Positions 1 to 10,800 of a DNA stretch of 64,000 bases are shown here, piece after piece (within the stretch, counting starts at the first letter, position 1; each line of letters starts with the position of its first letter). The notes under the pieces are model-generated. The model saw only the letters and a program-made list of their open reading frames with translations, searched no databases and was not told where the DNA came from. This stretch comes from a plasmid. Made by a program: the position numbers and the translations under genes. The stretch lies in sequence record NZ_CP069398.1; one strand, written 5' to 3'.

Positions 1-1259
1 GCGCGTTTTCCAGATCGATATCGGACATTTTTTAACTGAAAGAATTCTTTTAAATAAGCATTGACTCGTTCTACGGCACCTCTCTGATTATAAAGCTTTT
101 TCCATGCTTCTGATCCACGACCAGGGGCACTGTATTTACGAATGTCTGTTTCCATCTTGATTTTATAGACTTTTTGACAAAGAGAATCATGGACTAATGG
201 GCAAGTTTTGCATTCGCTTGGTTGTGTGTATTTTAGCGTTCTATACCTCTCGTCAAAGCTGTCGTAACGATAGGAATGCTCTCGTACACAAGTAGGAGCG
301 AAGTGCTCATCAAATCCAAGTAGTTCTCCTTCGTTTCGCTTATTATAGGCAATGATTGCTTTGGCTTCCATACGGTACAGCTGTGTATAAATGGCTTCGT
401 AATCATATCCCGCATCTAGCGTACCATATTGAATGTTCAATGAAGTAAGCCGTTCTTGTACACCCTTTAACAGAGGAATGGCGGCTTTTCCATCATTTAA
501 ACTGGCTGAAGATACGAGGGATTGAAGAATATATTGGCTCTTCGAGCCAACTGCCAAATGGATTTTAAATCCAAACCAAAAGGTATTTTTTCCTTCACTA
601 TTTTTCTTGATACCCCAGGTTGGCTGTAAAGGTATAGCTGTCCGTAAGGTTTCAAGATCAATGTCTAGTTGATGTTCAATGGCTTTCTCGTAGATCGTTT
701 TTTTCTCTTCTTGTTTTTGTTTTTCTTTTTGATAGGCTACTTGTTCCTTTTTTGGTTTCCGGCCACGCTTTTTCGGCTGTGGTTTTGACTTCTTTACTTG
801 TGGAGTAGATCGATCACGAGACTCAACATGTGTGGCATCGATCGAGACAACATCATCGTGAATAAAATCTTCTTGAATGGCTTGAAGAAGCAAAGCTTCT
901 TGAACGGTTTCTAATGCATTTGACTCACTTAGCTTCTGGGTAAACCGAGAAAAGGAAGCCTCTGAAGGGATACGATCAGAAAACAGAAATCCACACTCGA
1001 GATGGAACATAAAATCATGTCGTAACCGTCTAACAAGATCTTTAATCGTTGGAATTCGTTCCACAATACGCGCAACAAGGGCATAAATCATGGCTGGATA
1101 ATTAAGTTCAGCCGGCGCACCATACACCGTTTTCTTAGACACCGCAAATAACAACGGTTCAATATGTAGCGTCGAAAAAATCGCCTCAAATCGCTTGGTT
1201 GGTTCTAATTCATATAAATCTTTCATGTCAAACAGACTTTCTTGTCTTATAATAGGCAT
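1..1259 (-). CDS. IS1182-family-like transposase. 5' end is complete: ATG at 1259 with GGAGG RBS. The 3' end runs off the window start
   Basis: Reverse-strand translation from 1259 gives MPIIRQESLFDMKDLYELEPTKRFEAIF... and runs over 400 aa with no stop down to position 1. This long DDE-type transposase architecture is typical of IS1182/IS5-like elements in Bacillus. Missing from the ORF track because its stop lies outside the window. Confidence 0.6.
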   Translation of the reverse strand, partial: MPIIRQESLFDMKDLYELEPTKRFEAIFSTLHIEPLLFAVSKKTVYGAPAELNYPAMIYALVARIVERIPTIKDLVRRLRHDFMFHLECGFLFSDRIPSEASFSRFTQKLSESNALETVQEALLLQAIQEDFIHDDVVSIDATHVESRDRSTPQVKKSKPQPKKRGRKPKKEQVAYQKEKQKQEEKKTIYEKAIEHQLDIDLETLRTAIPLQPTWGIKKNSEGKNTFWFGFKIHLAVGSKSQYILQSLVSSASLNDGKAAIPLLKGVQERLTSLNIQYGTLDAGYDYEAIYTQLYRMEAKAIIAYNKRNEGELLGFDEHFAPTCVREHSYRYDSFDERYRTLKYTQPSECKTCPLVHDSLCQKVYKIKMETDIRKYSAPGRGSEAWKKLYNQRGAVERVNAYLKEFFQLKNVRYRSGKR

Positions 1260-1300
1260 AGGGAGTCAACCTCCATCCTTGTTTTTTGTTTGGTCACTAC
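1..1300 (-). mobile_element. Partial IS1182-like element, truncated by the window edge. Right terminus not resolved
   Basis: Transposase ORF as above. Terminal inverted repeat not identified. Confidence 0.4.
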
Positions 1301-1588
1301 ATTATACAAGAATTTGGGGAGGTACTCCCTTTTTATGTTCTCAAAACCCTTGGCACGTAAGGGCTGCGAGTTATGAAATTAATTCATTTACTAATATTTC
1401 TACCTCATGACAAATATTAGCTGTAAAAAGGAACCTCGCTTGCCAATTGTCGAGGCTCCTTTTTATTTTTTCTACAAACTATAACAGTATGCGACCTATT
1501 TTAGACTAATGGTCAAAATAGCTTTATAAAGCCAAATAAGGCAACAGAATAACCTGTTGCCTTTTAAATAATAGATGATCTTAGGATA

Positions 1589-1798
1589 TTAGTGTAGGAC
1601 CCGTACACGTACTGCTTCTAGACCCCTTTGACCTGTTTCTATGTCAAAAGAAACCTTTTGACCTTCTCTCAGATCTGCATAACCATTCCCTTCAATAGAG
1701 CGATAAGAAACAAAAATCTCAGTTTCATCTTCTGTTGTAATAAAACCATATCCTCTATTAAAGTTGTACCACTTAATTGTTCCATTTTGTCTTCCCAT
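1589..1798 (-). CDS. Cold shock protein, CspA family
   Basis: 69 aa: MGRQNGTIKWYNFNRGYGFI...FVSYRSIEG. RNP1/RNP2-like motifs of the CSD fold. Hairpin terminator at about 1537-1565. Confidence 0.9.
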   Translation of the reverse strand: MGRQNGTIKWYNFNRGYGFITTEDETEIFVSYRSIEGNGYADLREGQKVSFDIETGQRGLEAVRVRVLH

Positions 1799-2242
1799 AT
1801 AATCTTCCCCCTAAATTATCAGTCTTTTTATATTGTATAATATTTGTATTATGTCGAGGAAATTAATGGGGCAAATTGAATTGTATCTTTATTATTAAGT
1901 CTGGTTTTTCTGATCTATAAAATTAACGTAAATTCATTTTCCTTAATACGCCGACCGTAAAAACATATGTTTACGGACTATGAATTTAAATAATAAGAAA
2001 CTTTCACTAAAAAATGAATCCTTTCCAATTTTGTACAGCAAGCTCAAAGTTTAACCTAACGGACCCTTCCATAAAAAACAAGATTGACTCTCCTCTTAGG
2101 GTAGACATTAAAATTAAGTTAGAAATTAAGAGAAGGGGTGTTTGGATATAGATTGTATTAGTTCGTGAGGTTGGAAAAGTGTTTACCCGGAAATAAAGCA
2201 GCTTATTAGTACGAGGGAATTTAGAAAGGGAGGGCAATACTT

Positions 2243-3430
2243 ATGGATATAAAATCGCTTGATTTATTTTCACAACAGTTCCATCAAAACCCTTATGATT
2301 ATTATAAGAAAATTCGTCCACACCAACCTTTTGCAAAAGTGAAGATGCTTAACGAAGGACACAGTACATGGATGGCTTTTACGTATAAGGCAGCAGAAGC
2401 CGTATTAAAAGATAATAGGTTTATAAAAGATATGCGGACCGTTTTTCCTGATGAAATGACAGATGAGAATTTACCTCCAATCGCTCAAAGTATGCTCTTT
2501 GTTGACCCGCCGGATCATCATCGTTTACGCAGCCTAGTACAAAGTGGTTTTACACCCAAAAGGATTGAGAAGTTAAGGGGACGTATTGAAGAAATTGCAA
2601 GAGAACAAGCTAAGCTTATGAGTAACAAGGGAACAGTTGATTTTATCAACGCTTATGCGTTTCCGATTCCAATTAGAGTCATTTGTGAATTACTTGGTAT
2701 TCCTTCTGAAGATCAGCTTGATTTCCAGCGCTGGTCCAACGCATTAGTAGATATAAATGATGATTCTGAGTATGACAAAGTCAATCTGGAATTTATGGCT
2801 TATTTGGAGAAATTGACAGAACAAAAGCGTGTTTCTCCCGGAGAAGATTTAATGTCTTATCTAATTCAAGCTGAGGAAGGGGGAGAACGGCTGACCGTAA
2901 GTGAATTGTATGGAGTTATCATGCTTCTTATCGTGGCAGGACATGAAACGACCGTTAATCTCATTGCTAACGGTTTACTGGCTCTGCTTACACATCCAGA
3001 GCAACTTGCGTTGCTAAAAGCAGATCCTTTCCTTGTAGCTCAGGCTATCGAGGAATTGCTACGTTTTAATGGACCGGTTGAGTTCAGTACAGACCGTTGG
3101 GCGAAAGAATCCTTTACGTTTATGGGCCAGCAGGTTGAGAAGGGGGACCACGTTATTGTTTCACTTGCATCAGCTAATCATGATCCGGCGGTGTTTGTAG
3201 AACCTGGTACTCTTGATATTACAAGAGAGAAAAGTCCGCATCTTGCATTTGGTAAAGGTCTTCACTACTGTCTAGGTGCCCCACTAGCTCGACTTGAAGG
3301 GGAAATTGCCATTCGGGTTTTGCTCGAGGAATACCCAGATCTTACTCTTGCAGCTGAACTGTCTGAACTAGAATGGCGGCAAAGTCTTATAATTCGTGGT
3401 TTAAAACAGTTACCTGTTAAGCTCTTTTAA
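2243..3430 (+). CDS. Cytochrome P450 monooxygenase
   Basis: 395 aa. Heme-binding signature FGKGLHYCLG (FxxGxHxCxG), EELLR (ExxR) and the AGHETT I-helix motif. Confidence 0.9.
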   Translation: MDIKSLDLFSQQFHQNPYDYYKKIRPHQPFAKVKMLNEGHSTWMAFTYKAAEAVLKDNRFIKDMRTVFPDEMTDENLPPIAQSMLFVDPPDHHRLRSLVQSGFTPKRIEKLRGRIEEIAREQAKLMSNKGTVDFINAYAFPIPIRVICELLGIPSEDQLDFQRWSNALVDINDDSEYDKVNLEFMAYLEKLTEQKRVSPGEDLMSYLIQAEEGGERLTVSELYGVIMLLIVAGHETTVNLIANGLLALLTHPEQLALLKADPFLVAQAIEELLRFNGPVEFSTDRWAKESFTFMGQQVEKGDHVIVSLASANHDPAVFVEPGTLDITREKSPHLAFGKGLHYCLGAPLARLEGEIAIRVLLEEYPDLTLAAELSELEWRQSLIIRGLKQLPVKLF

Positions 3431-3606
3431 GGAGATATGTTAGGATCGACCCAGTTGAAGGTATTTATCAACTGGGTTGTGTCAGATTGTCACAATATAA
3501 AATTCAATGAACACCTACCTATATCTTTTAATTAGAGGAATTCCTATTTAAAACCTGTCAATATGATAATTACTATGACTAATTAGGATTTTATACGAGG
3601 GGTAAT

Positions 3607-4422
3607 ATGAAAAAAAGGTCTAAACTATATTCTATAGGTGAAACTTCCAAACTTAAGAATTTATCCATCAAAGCGTTAAGATATTATCATAAAGAAAAAA
3701 TCCTTATGCCTGCATACATTAATGAAAGTACTGGCTATAGGTATTATTCTGCTGAACAATTTATCCATATTGATATTATTAAGGCTGGACGTCAATTGAA
3801 TGTAAGTATTGAAGAAATGCGAAAGATTTTTTCTTCTGCAAATACTGAAGAATTGCTATTTTTTTTAGAACAAAAGAAGAAGGATATTGATGCACAAATA
3901 AATCAATTAAACTCTGTTAAAAATAAAATCGATATTCTCAGGAAAAGAATCGATGATTCATTCAATATAATGAATGATGAAGATTTTAAAGTAACACATT
4001 TTCAAGAGCGTTACTTGATGACTACACCTTCTACTGAAGGAAAAGAATCATCGGATTTACTAGATTATTCGACTTTAGATTGTTTAATGGAGAACTATGA
4101 AATAAAAAGTATTTATGAAAGTGGAACTTTATATTATATTGATGAAACAGGTCATCCAACACCAACATTTGTTTTTGAATTAATAAATAAAGAGGATTAT
4201 TTTAAAAATAAAGATTTGTTCTCTATCCTTCCCACAGGAAATTACTTAACTTTGTCCTACACAAATAAAAATCGAAATGAGAAAATGCTTCAATTAAGGA
4301 ACTTTATACTTGGAAATAAATTACATGTAATTCACTGTTTAGAATTATATCTATTTACCGATATTTTTGATGTAAATGCGTTTTCCTGTCAACTCCAGGT
4401 TTATATAAAGGAATACAATTAG
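3607..4422 (+). CDS. MerR-family transcriptional regulator with a C-terminal GyrI-like/effector-binding domain (BmrR/Mta-like)
   Basis: N-terminus YSIGETSKLKNLSIKALRYYHKEKIL is a MerR-type HTH followed by a coiled coil. Total 271 aa. Terminator hairpin agacgaccttttggtcgtct + T-run at 4458-4500. Confidence 0.65.
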   Translation: MKKRSKLYSIGETSKLKNLSIKALRYYHKEKILMPAYINESTGYRYYSAEQFIHIDIIKAGRQLNVSIEEMRKIFSSANTEELLFFLEQKKKDIDAQINQLNSVKNKIDILRKRIDDSFNIMNDEDFKVTHFQERYLMTTPSTEGKESSDLLDYSTLDCLMENYEIKSIYESGTLYYIDETGHPTPTFVFELINKEDYFKNKDLFSILPTGNYLTLSYTNKNRNEKMLQLRNFILGNKLHVIHCLELYLFTDIFDVNAFSCQLQVYIKEYN

Positions 4423-4856
4423 GAGTGGCCTTGTAGTTTTAACAAGCATGTCATTTCCGAAGAACAGACGACCTTTTGGTCGTCTATTTTTTAAAGTTGA
4501 TCTTAATAGTAACAAAAAGATCCTTTTTTTGCAGAAAAACGCCATATTTGTCGACAGTAAGTGTAAATGGTAAAACATTAATAATACACGAAATAATTTA
4601 GTATTTACTTAACTAACAACGTCACTTAAATAAAGTTATTTTCTGAGGAAAGAGTCAATCAGAACATTTATTTTTAAAGATATATGTATATGAATCTACA
4701 AATCTGGCTACACTAATAAAGTATTCCCCCCTATTCCAATAAATTTGAAAATCCTTTGTCTATATGGACAAAGGATTCTTTTTTTTATTAAATGTAATTT
4801 ATTATAGGTAAGTTTACGCAATACTAATTATCGGGACTAAACCACCTTAAGGTGAC

Positions 4857-5267
4857 TCATTTGACTTCGAATACACATAAAAAACGTTCCACTCCAGGGC
4901 ACTTTTCACCTAAGCTTGTTACATGAAAGCCAAAGTTAGAATAAAACATTACTGCATCTTTATCTGTCTCGGCCGAAATAGAATTTAGATTATATTCCTT
5001 ACAAATAAATCTAATCATGCTACTTCCTATTCCACTACCTCTTTCCTTTGGTAAAACAGATATATGCTTTATCACAATTTCCTTGGAATTATGAAATTCA
5101 ACTCCTATACAACTAACTATTTCTCCATTTACCTCGGCACTATATAATTTTCGACTCGGTAAACAAGTGTATTTCTTGTATTCTGCATCAACCTTCTCTT
5201 CTGAAGTTGCATAAGATAACAGCTTTTTTATGGTAGGATCAATCCTAATTGAATAAATTTCTCTCAT
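4857..5267 (-). CDS. GNAT-family N-acetyltransferase
   Basis: 136 aa. Acetyl-CoA binding motif RGSGIGSSMI (R/Q-x-x-G-x-G/A). Confidence 0.65.
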   Translation of the reverse strand: MREIYSIRIDPTIKKLLSYATSEEKVDAEYKKYTCLPSRKLYSAEVNGEIVSCIGVEFHNSKEIVIKHISVLPKERGSGIGSSMIRFICKEYNLNSISAETDKDAVMFYSNFGFHVTSLGEKCPGVERFLCVFEVK

Positions 5268-5349
5268 CTTGATACCTCTTTTTATTATTATCTTATGTAT
5301 ATTCTATTTATTTCTTGTTACTACAATTCAGATTTTCGGCAGCCAGTAT

Positions 5350-5703
5350 TTATTCTTCATCAAGAATGAAATTACCTTTTTCATCACGAATATATGCAGT
5401 ACCCGGTTTTGTATCAAGAAACGGCATTATATCTGGATCATAATTGCATATTGTATTTAGCAGATAAACACCATGATTTTTAGAATTATCCATGTAACGA
5501 TCATCTTCATCTCCAGAAAGAAATCTCCAACCACTATCTGCTTCGTTATATTCATAGGGTTCTTCTCTATACATATAACCAACCTTGCAACCATCTACTG
5601 TAATCCTATCAGTTGCAATACAGCCTTCATATGAATCAATGAGTTGTTTTATTTGGCTTGCATCTAAATAAAATTTCTTTTCTTTTTTTCTAAAATTAAA
5701 CAT
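5350..5703 (-). CDS. DUF2185-like protein. Putative immunity-type small protein
   Basis: 117 aa. Acidic, with a DSGWRFLSGDEDD motif. Resembles small orphan immunity proteins. No adjacent toxin. Confidence 0.35.
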   Translation of the reverse strand: MFNFRKKEKKFYLDASQIKQLIDSYEGCIATDRITVDGCKVGYMYREEPYEYNEADSGWRFLSGDEDDRYMDNSKNHGVYLLNTICNYDPDIMPFLDTKPGTAYIRDEKGNFILDEE

Positions 5704-5823
5704 GTTTTATGCTCCTCATTTAACCTATAATCTATCCAACTTTATTAAGATACTATAATCCTATTAGGGATGTACATCTTATTTACATAACACAGCTTAT
5801 AGGCTGTAAAGGTTTAGTTAAAA

Positions 5824-6147
5824 CTACAATTTTACAGTTTTTAATGAAAAATGTGGTTTGAAACTAATTTCTACTTCTCCGTTACCATTGTTTCCAATAA
5901 TTGTTAAGTGATTATTCTCACCTTTAATTTCGCTAATATCATCTAATTCAAAATCAAAGATTAATCCTTTAAAATGTTTATAACTTAAGCTTACACTACA
6001 TTGACTTTCATGTACCGACATCATCAATACCAAATGAAACCCATGATCGTCATCTTTGCTATATATAAACATACCAGTCTGAGAATCAACCATTACTGAA
6101 GGTTCAGTTTCAAATAACTTAAGCAGTTCGTATTCATCGTACTTCAT
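5824..6147 (-). CDS. Hypothetical protein, possibly an immunity-like protein
   Basis: 107 aa, no recognisable motif. Adjacent to the DUF2185-like gene. Confidence 0.3.
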   Translation of the reverse strand: MKYDEYELLKLFETEPSVMVDSQTGMFIYSKDDDHGFHLVLMMSVHESQCSVSLSYKHFKGLIFDFELDDISEIKGENNHLTIIGNNGNGEVEISFKPHFSLKTVKL

Positions 6148-6381
6148 TACTGTTTAAAACCTCCTATCTTAGTATTCCTGTAATGACATGGTTATTATTA
6201 TTTACAACAACCTTAAATGTATTAGATATGTTCTGTATGTACCTAGTTTTTGAACCCAATTTTTATTACTTATATATATAATTTTAGTTACTATAATGTA
6301 ATTTATCAGAAAATCTAACTAAAATACATTTTTTTCTTTTTATGGTAATATAAAAAGTGAAAATGTATAGGAGGATTTACA

Positions 6382-6600
6382 TTGATAAAAAATTTACCCT
6401 TACTAATTTCCATTTTAATAATAGGAGTTGGTTCTTCTACGATAAGTATGAATGGACATTTACCTACGTTCTTTGAATGGACATTACCAATTATGAGCAT
6501 TATTTTAAATATCATCGCAGTTATAGGGCTATCTTTACACGTAGTTGTATATAAGCCTATGAAAAAAGCAGAAGATAACCTTAATGGAGCTATTAAGTAA
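6382..6600 (+). CDS. Small hypothetical membrane protein (2 TM)
   Basis: 72 aa, hydrophobic. Followed by a perfect 16-bp-stem hairpin terminator at 6601-6638. Confidence 0.3.
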   Translation: MIKNLPLLISILIIGVGSSTISMNGHLPTFFEWTLPIMSIILNIIAVIGLSLHVVVYKPMKKAEDNLNGAIK

Positions 6601-6782
6601 GAATGAAAAAAGAGCTAACTATAGCTCTTTTTTCATTCTTATAATATATTGTAAACGCTAGAATATAATTGACAGTTTTTGCTCAACGTAATTTTACACT
6701 TTTGCTTCAATAAGCTAGAACTCTAGTAAAATAATAGAAGGTGTTATTTTACTGGGGGGACAGCGTTTTGGAGGAGAAGCTA

Positions 6783-8330
6783 ATGCTTTATTTAAATATT
6801 CAACAATTACATCAACGGAAGTTTAAAGTATCTCAAATTGCACAGGAGCTCAAAGTATCAAGACCAACCGTTTATAAATATTTAAAAATGACGTTTGAAG
6901 AGACAAAAGCATACATGGAACAGCTTCAAGGCAAAGGTAAGAAGTTGGATCCCTACAGGGATTGGATTATCGCTTGGCTTGAAGAATACCCTCATCTCAG
7001 TGCAGCACAAATCCACGATTGGCTCTTAGAGCGTTATTCCGATTTAGTTGTTGGCGAGAGTACAGTAAGAGCCTATGTGAAAGAGATGCGGGAGATTTAT
7101 CAGATTGAGAAAAAAGTAATAATTCGGCAATATGAAGCAATCCCTGAACAACCTATGGGTAAGCAAATCCAGGTGGATTGGGGAGAAACGAAACAGAAGA
7201 CAACTGAAAAGAATGAAATTAAACTATATTTTATCGCTTTTGTCTTAGCTCACTCTCGATACAAATACATGGAGTGGCAGGACCGGCCTTTTACAACAAA
7301 TGATGCCATTCGATGTCATGAAAATGCATTTCAATTTTACGGAGGACGTACAGAAGAAATTGTGTATGATCAGGATCGTTTAATTACAGTAAGTGAAAAT
7401 TCAGGTCAGCTACTTTTAACTTCTGAGTTTCAAAGCTATGTAAATGAGCGTAAGTTTAAAGTTCATTTATGTCGTAAGGCAGACCCAGAATCAAAAGGAA
7501 TGATTGAGAACGTTGTAAAGTACATAAAGGGAAATTTCGCAGATAGCCGAGTATTTAGCAATATTGAAGATTGGAATAACCGTGCATTACAGTGGCTACA
7601 TCGCACTGGAAATCAACATGTTCATCACACAACTAAAAAAAGACCAGCTGAAGTGTTCCCCGTCGAAAAGCAACACTTACAGCCCGTCTCTTCACCACTC
7701 TCATATGAAAGCGTCATTACCCAAAGTATAACAAGGAATATTAGTAAGGACAATACAATACGGTTTAAATCAAACCGTTATTCCGTTCCTCTCGGAACGT
7801 ATAGTGCAGCCTCTGATAATGAGGTTTTTATTGAAGTCACTTCGAGCCAACCGCCAACGCTGATTATCCGTAAACAGTTAGATGGAGAAGTAATTGCTGA
7901 ACATAGCATTAGTAATGAAAAGGGAAAGCTTATTCAACATCTACATCATATCCGGGATCGCTCAAAAGGTATTGAAGAATTTAAGCAACAACTGGTTTCA
8001 CATTTTGAAGATCAGGAACGTGCAACTTCTTATTTAAATGAAATTTGTTTAAGATACCCAAGGTATCGGCGTGATCAGCTCATAATCATTCAAAACACCC
8101 TTGAGAAATATCCAATGTGGATTGAAGCCACCTTGACTAAATGCATCATAGATAAACTTTACAGCGCCAATGACTTTCGAGATATCGCAAACCACCAAAA
8201 TGCATTACAAACTGAATGTACCCAAAAGGTTAAGCCTCCCTTTATAAAACATTCAGGTAAAGACAACATCATAGTGACAACTCGCTCCCTTACTGCTTAC
8301 ACAAGTATTTTAGGGGGTGACCCACAGTGA
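6783..8330 (+). CDS. istA: IS21-family transposase IstA
   Basis: N-terminal HTH (VSQIAQELKVSRPTVYKYL) and a DDE integrase core. GGAGGAG RBS before ATG 6783. The track ORF begins at 6741 in the same frame. Confidence 0.85.
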   Translation: MLYLNIQQLHQRKFKVSQIAQELKVSRPTVYKYLKMTFEETKAYMEQLQGKGKKLDPYRDWIIAWLEEYPHLSAAQIHDWLLERYSDLVVGESTVRAYVKEMREIYQIEKKVIIRQYEAIPEQPMGKQIQVDWGETKQKTTEKNEIKLYFIAFVLAHSRYKYMEWQDRPFTTNDAIRCHENAFQFYGGRTEEIVYDQDRLITVSENSGQLLLTSEFQSYVNERKFKVHLCRKADPESKGMIENVVKYIKGNFADSRVFSNIEDWNNRALQWLHRTGNQHVHHTTKKRPAEVFPVEKQHLQPVSSPLSYESVITQSITRNISKDNTIRFKSNRYSVPLGTYSAASDNEVFIEVTSSQPPTLIIRKQLDGEVIAEHSISNEKGKLIQHLHHIRDRSKGIEEFKQQLVSHFEDQERATSYLNEICLRYPRYRRDQLIIIQNTLEKYPMWIEATLTKCIIDKLYSANDFRDIANHQNALQTECTQKVKPPFIKHSGKDNIIVTTRSLTAYTSILGGDPQ

Positions 8331-9085
8331 ATAAGACTGTAAATGACTTGCAGGAACACTTTCGCCAATTAAGGTTATCTGAAACAGCTGAGGAGCTACC
8401 AAAGCTCCTACGTGAGGCTGAAAAATCTTCTTGGACGTATTTAGAATTTCTTGAATCTATTACGCGTTACGAACTTAGAAAACGCGAAGTAAAGAGTTTA
8501 GAAAGAAGAATGAAGTGGGCGCACTTCCCTTACGTGAAGTCATTAAGTGAATTTAAATTAGAAGAGCAAACAGCTTTAACGGGACGTCAATTGACCCAGC
8601 TCGCAGAGCTAAACTGGCTTGAGCAGCAGTATAATTTAATTTTATTGGGACCGCCAGGCGTTGGTAAAACATTTTTAGCGATTGGTTTGGGGGTTGAGTC
8701 TATTCACAGAGGTTTCAACGTCTATTTCGTAACTATGGGTGAGCTTATTCATCTTTTAAAAACGGAAGAGTTTCTAAACAAATCAAAAGTGCAGCTAAAG
8801 CGCTTAAGAGGCGCCGATCTGATTATCATTGATGATTTAATGTACATGGCAATGGATCAGCGAGAAGCAAATTTGTTTTTCCATTTAATTAATCATTTGT
8901 ATGAACGAAGTTCTATCATTCTTACATCCAATAAAAGCCCTGAACAGTGGGGTGAACTAATGGGAGATCAAGGAATTACTACTGCAATTTTAGATCGTTT
9001 ACTCCATCGTGTAGAAGTCATTCATATGGATGGAGATAGTTATCGAATGAAACATCGAAAAAGTGTATTTTCAGCAGAAGTGTAA
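8327..9085 (+). CDS. istB: IS21-family helper ATPase IstB
   Basis: Walker A LLGPPGVGKTFLAIGL and Walker B LIIIDD. Overlaps istA by 4 nt. Confidence 0.9.
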   Translation: MNKTVNDLQEHFRQLRLSETAEELPKLLREAEKSSWTYLEFLESITRYELRKREVKSLERRMKWAHFPYVKSLSEFKLEEQTALTGRQLTQLAELNWLEQQYNLILLGPPGVGKTFLAIGLGVESIHRGFNVYFVTMGELIHLLKTEEFLNKSKVQLKRLRGADLIIIDDLMYMAMDQREANLFFHLINHLYERSSIILTSNKSPEQWGELMGDQGITTAILDRLLHRVEVIHMDGDSYRMKHRKSVFSAEV

Positions 9086-9117
9086 AAAGCAAATAAGCAA
9101 AAAGTGTAAAATTCGAC

Positions 9118-10800
9118 GGCTCTTTCTCACTTTTGGTGAAGGCAAACGTCGCCATATGTCAAAGATATGCATTGTTTTTTTAGAAAAACAACTCTACCTA
9201 CAATAATGGTATGAGTACTCTTTTTTTCAACAATTCATCACTTGCCCGACCATACATCATACGTTTTAACGTCTTCACACGGTTTATATGCCCTTCAGAT
9301 AAACCATTGCTTAGAGGATCGACACAGGCAGCCATTACTCCTTGTAAGTCCTTTTCAATATAGGTTGTAAACGTGTTGAGAGCCGGAAATGAATAAAGTT
9401 TACATCTTTCAATCCATCCAGATAAGCCTTGATTGTTACGTTTCCTGATAATATTTTTAAAGCTGCATGTCACTTCAACTAATTGCGGTATAAGTGGAAA
9501 CTCTTTTAAACATGCCGAAGGTAATGTATTCAGCCAGTCACTATTCTTTTCACTCCATATTTTCCATAGTAAGCAATCTCTAGATATGGTATACGTTGTG
9601 GCACTAGCTCTTTGTTCCTGGCGAATTCTTGACACGGCTGCATTTAAGGTAGATCGACATCCTGTATAGCCTACCTTTCTAAGTTCTACCTCCATACGGC
9701 TTGTGGTCCATCCATACAAATTCCACTGACGTAATTGAGGCAGGTATGGATCTAAGAGCTTAACACGATTAATAGGCTCTTTCTTCTTACGTCTTAAATC
9801 TTTATAGACCGTAGGGCGAGAAATATTTAGATGACGAGAAATCCAAGCAATGGATTTCCCTTTAGCTTTCCACTCCTTTACTTTTAAGCTACGTTGCCAA
9901 ACCTTTTCTGCATACAGGTTACGTTGAATATCTGTTTTGCGAATAAGTAGTGGGTCTGGTGTAGGGTTTTTATATTCTGTTTTTCTCCATATAGATGGAA
10001 AAGAGTGTTGTAAGGTCTCTTTAATTGCTGTAAATAAACCTTTCAGTATATGCCAACGGTCCGTGATCTGATAAGCATGAGGAAGTGCTTGAGAAATAGC
10101 TTTAGCGTATGTTGAGGAACCATCCCGAGTAACTGTTTGAATAGTAGGGTGCTGTTCAAGCCATTTTACGACTGTTTCTTTATCTCTACCATTTAAAATA
10201 GCAATGGGTCTTCTGGTTTCTTGATTGATAATAATCGTACCGTAACGACAACGTTTCTTGAATGCAAAGTCATCAATCCCAATATGAACCGGAGGTTCAT
10301 AAGAAGGCAATTTCAATTTGTGAAGCAAGCGTAAAAGTGTGTGGTGACTGGTTACAATACCTAGATATTTAGACAGCCGAGATGCTACTTTGCAGCTCGT
10401 AGATAGTGCAATTGACTTCAACATCTCGTGTAAACGTTTGGTTTTGCGTTGATAGGTTCCTAACCACGTAAATCTTTCTGTGAAAATAGCTTGTAGACAA
10501 CTACGGTCATCGCAAAAAAACTTACGTGTTTGTAGTCGTATATACGTTGATTTACCATATGCAGGTACATCCTGAAGGGATCGAACATATTGGCTGTGTA
10601 TGCGGTTAGACGGAGTATGACAAGACGGGCATCTACAAGAAGAATGTTTAGATTTTACTAGATACATATAAGATTGATCTTCTTGTATAACGAGTAGACA
10701 TTCTATATTAGTGAAAGAGGAAAAAGGCATGTGGCGATTCGCTCCTTTTTATTTCACTATATCATCTTTAAAGTGCCTTCACCAAAAGTGAGAAAGAGCC
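9118..10800 (-). mobile_element. ISL3-family insertion sequence with perfect 26-bp terminal inverted repeats and an 8-bp target duplication
   Basis: Left IR ggctctttctcacttttggtgaaggc at 9118-9143 is the exact reverse complement of 10775-10800. Flanking direct repeat aattcgac at 9110-9117 and 10801-10808. Confidence 0.85.
9198..10730 (-). CDS. ISL3-family transposase
   Basis: 510 aa. N-terminal zinc-finger region (CRCPSCH...C..C) and a DDE_Tnp_ISL3-like core. Flanked by the IR/TSD above. Confidence 0.8.
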   Translation of the reverse strand: MPFSSFTNIECLLVIQEDQSYMYLVKSKHSSCRCPSCHTPSNRIHSQYVRSLQDVPAYGKSTYIRLQTRKFFCDDRSCLQAIFTERFTWLGTYQRKTKRLHEMLKSIALSTSCKVASRLSKYLGIVTSHHTLLRLLHKLKLPSYEPPVHIGIDDFAFKKRCRYGTIIINQETRRPIAILNGRDKETVVKWLEQHPTIQTVTRDGSSTYAKAISQALPHAYQITDRWHILKGLFTAIKETLQHSFPSIWRKTEYKNPTPDPLLIRKTDIQRNLYAEKVWQRSLKVKEWKAKGKSIAWISRHLNISRPTVYKDLRRKKKEPINRVKLLDPYLPQLRQWNLYGWTTSRMEVELRKVGYTGCRSTLNAAVSRIRQEQRASATTYTISRDCLLWKIWSEKNSDWLNTLPSACLKEFPLIPQLVEVTCSFKNIIRKRNNQGLSGWIERCKLYSFPALNTFTTYIEKDLQGVMAACVDPLSNGLSEGHINRVKTLKRMMYGRASDELLKKRVLIPLL

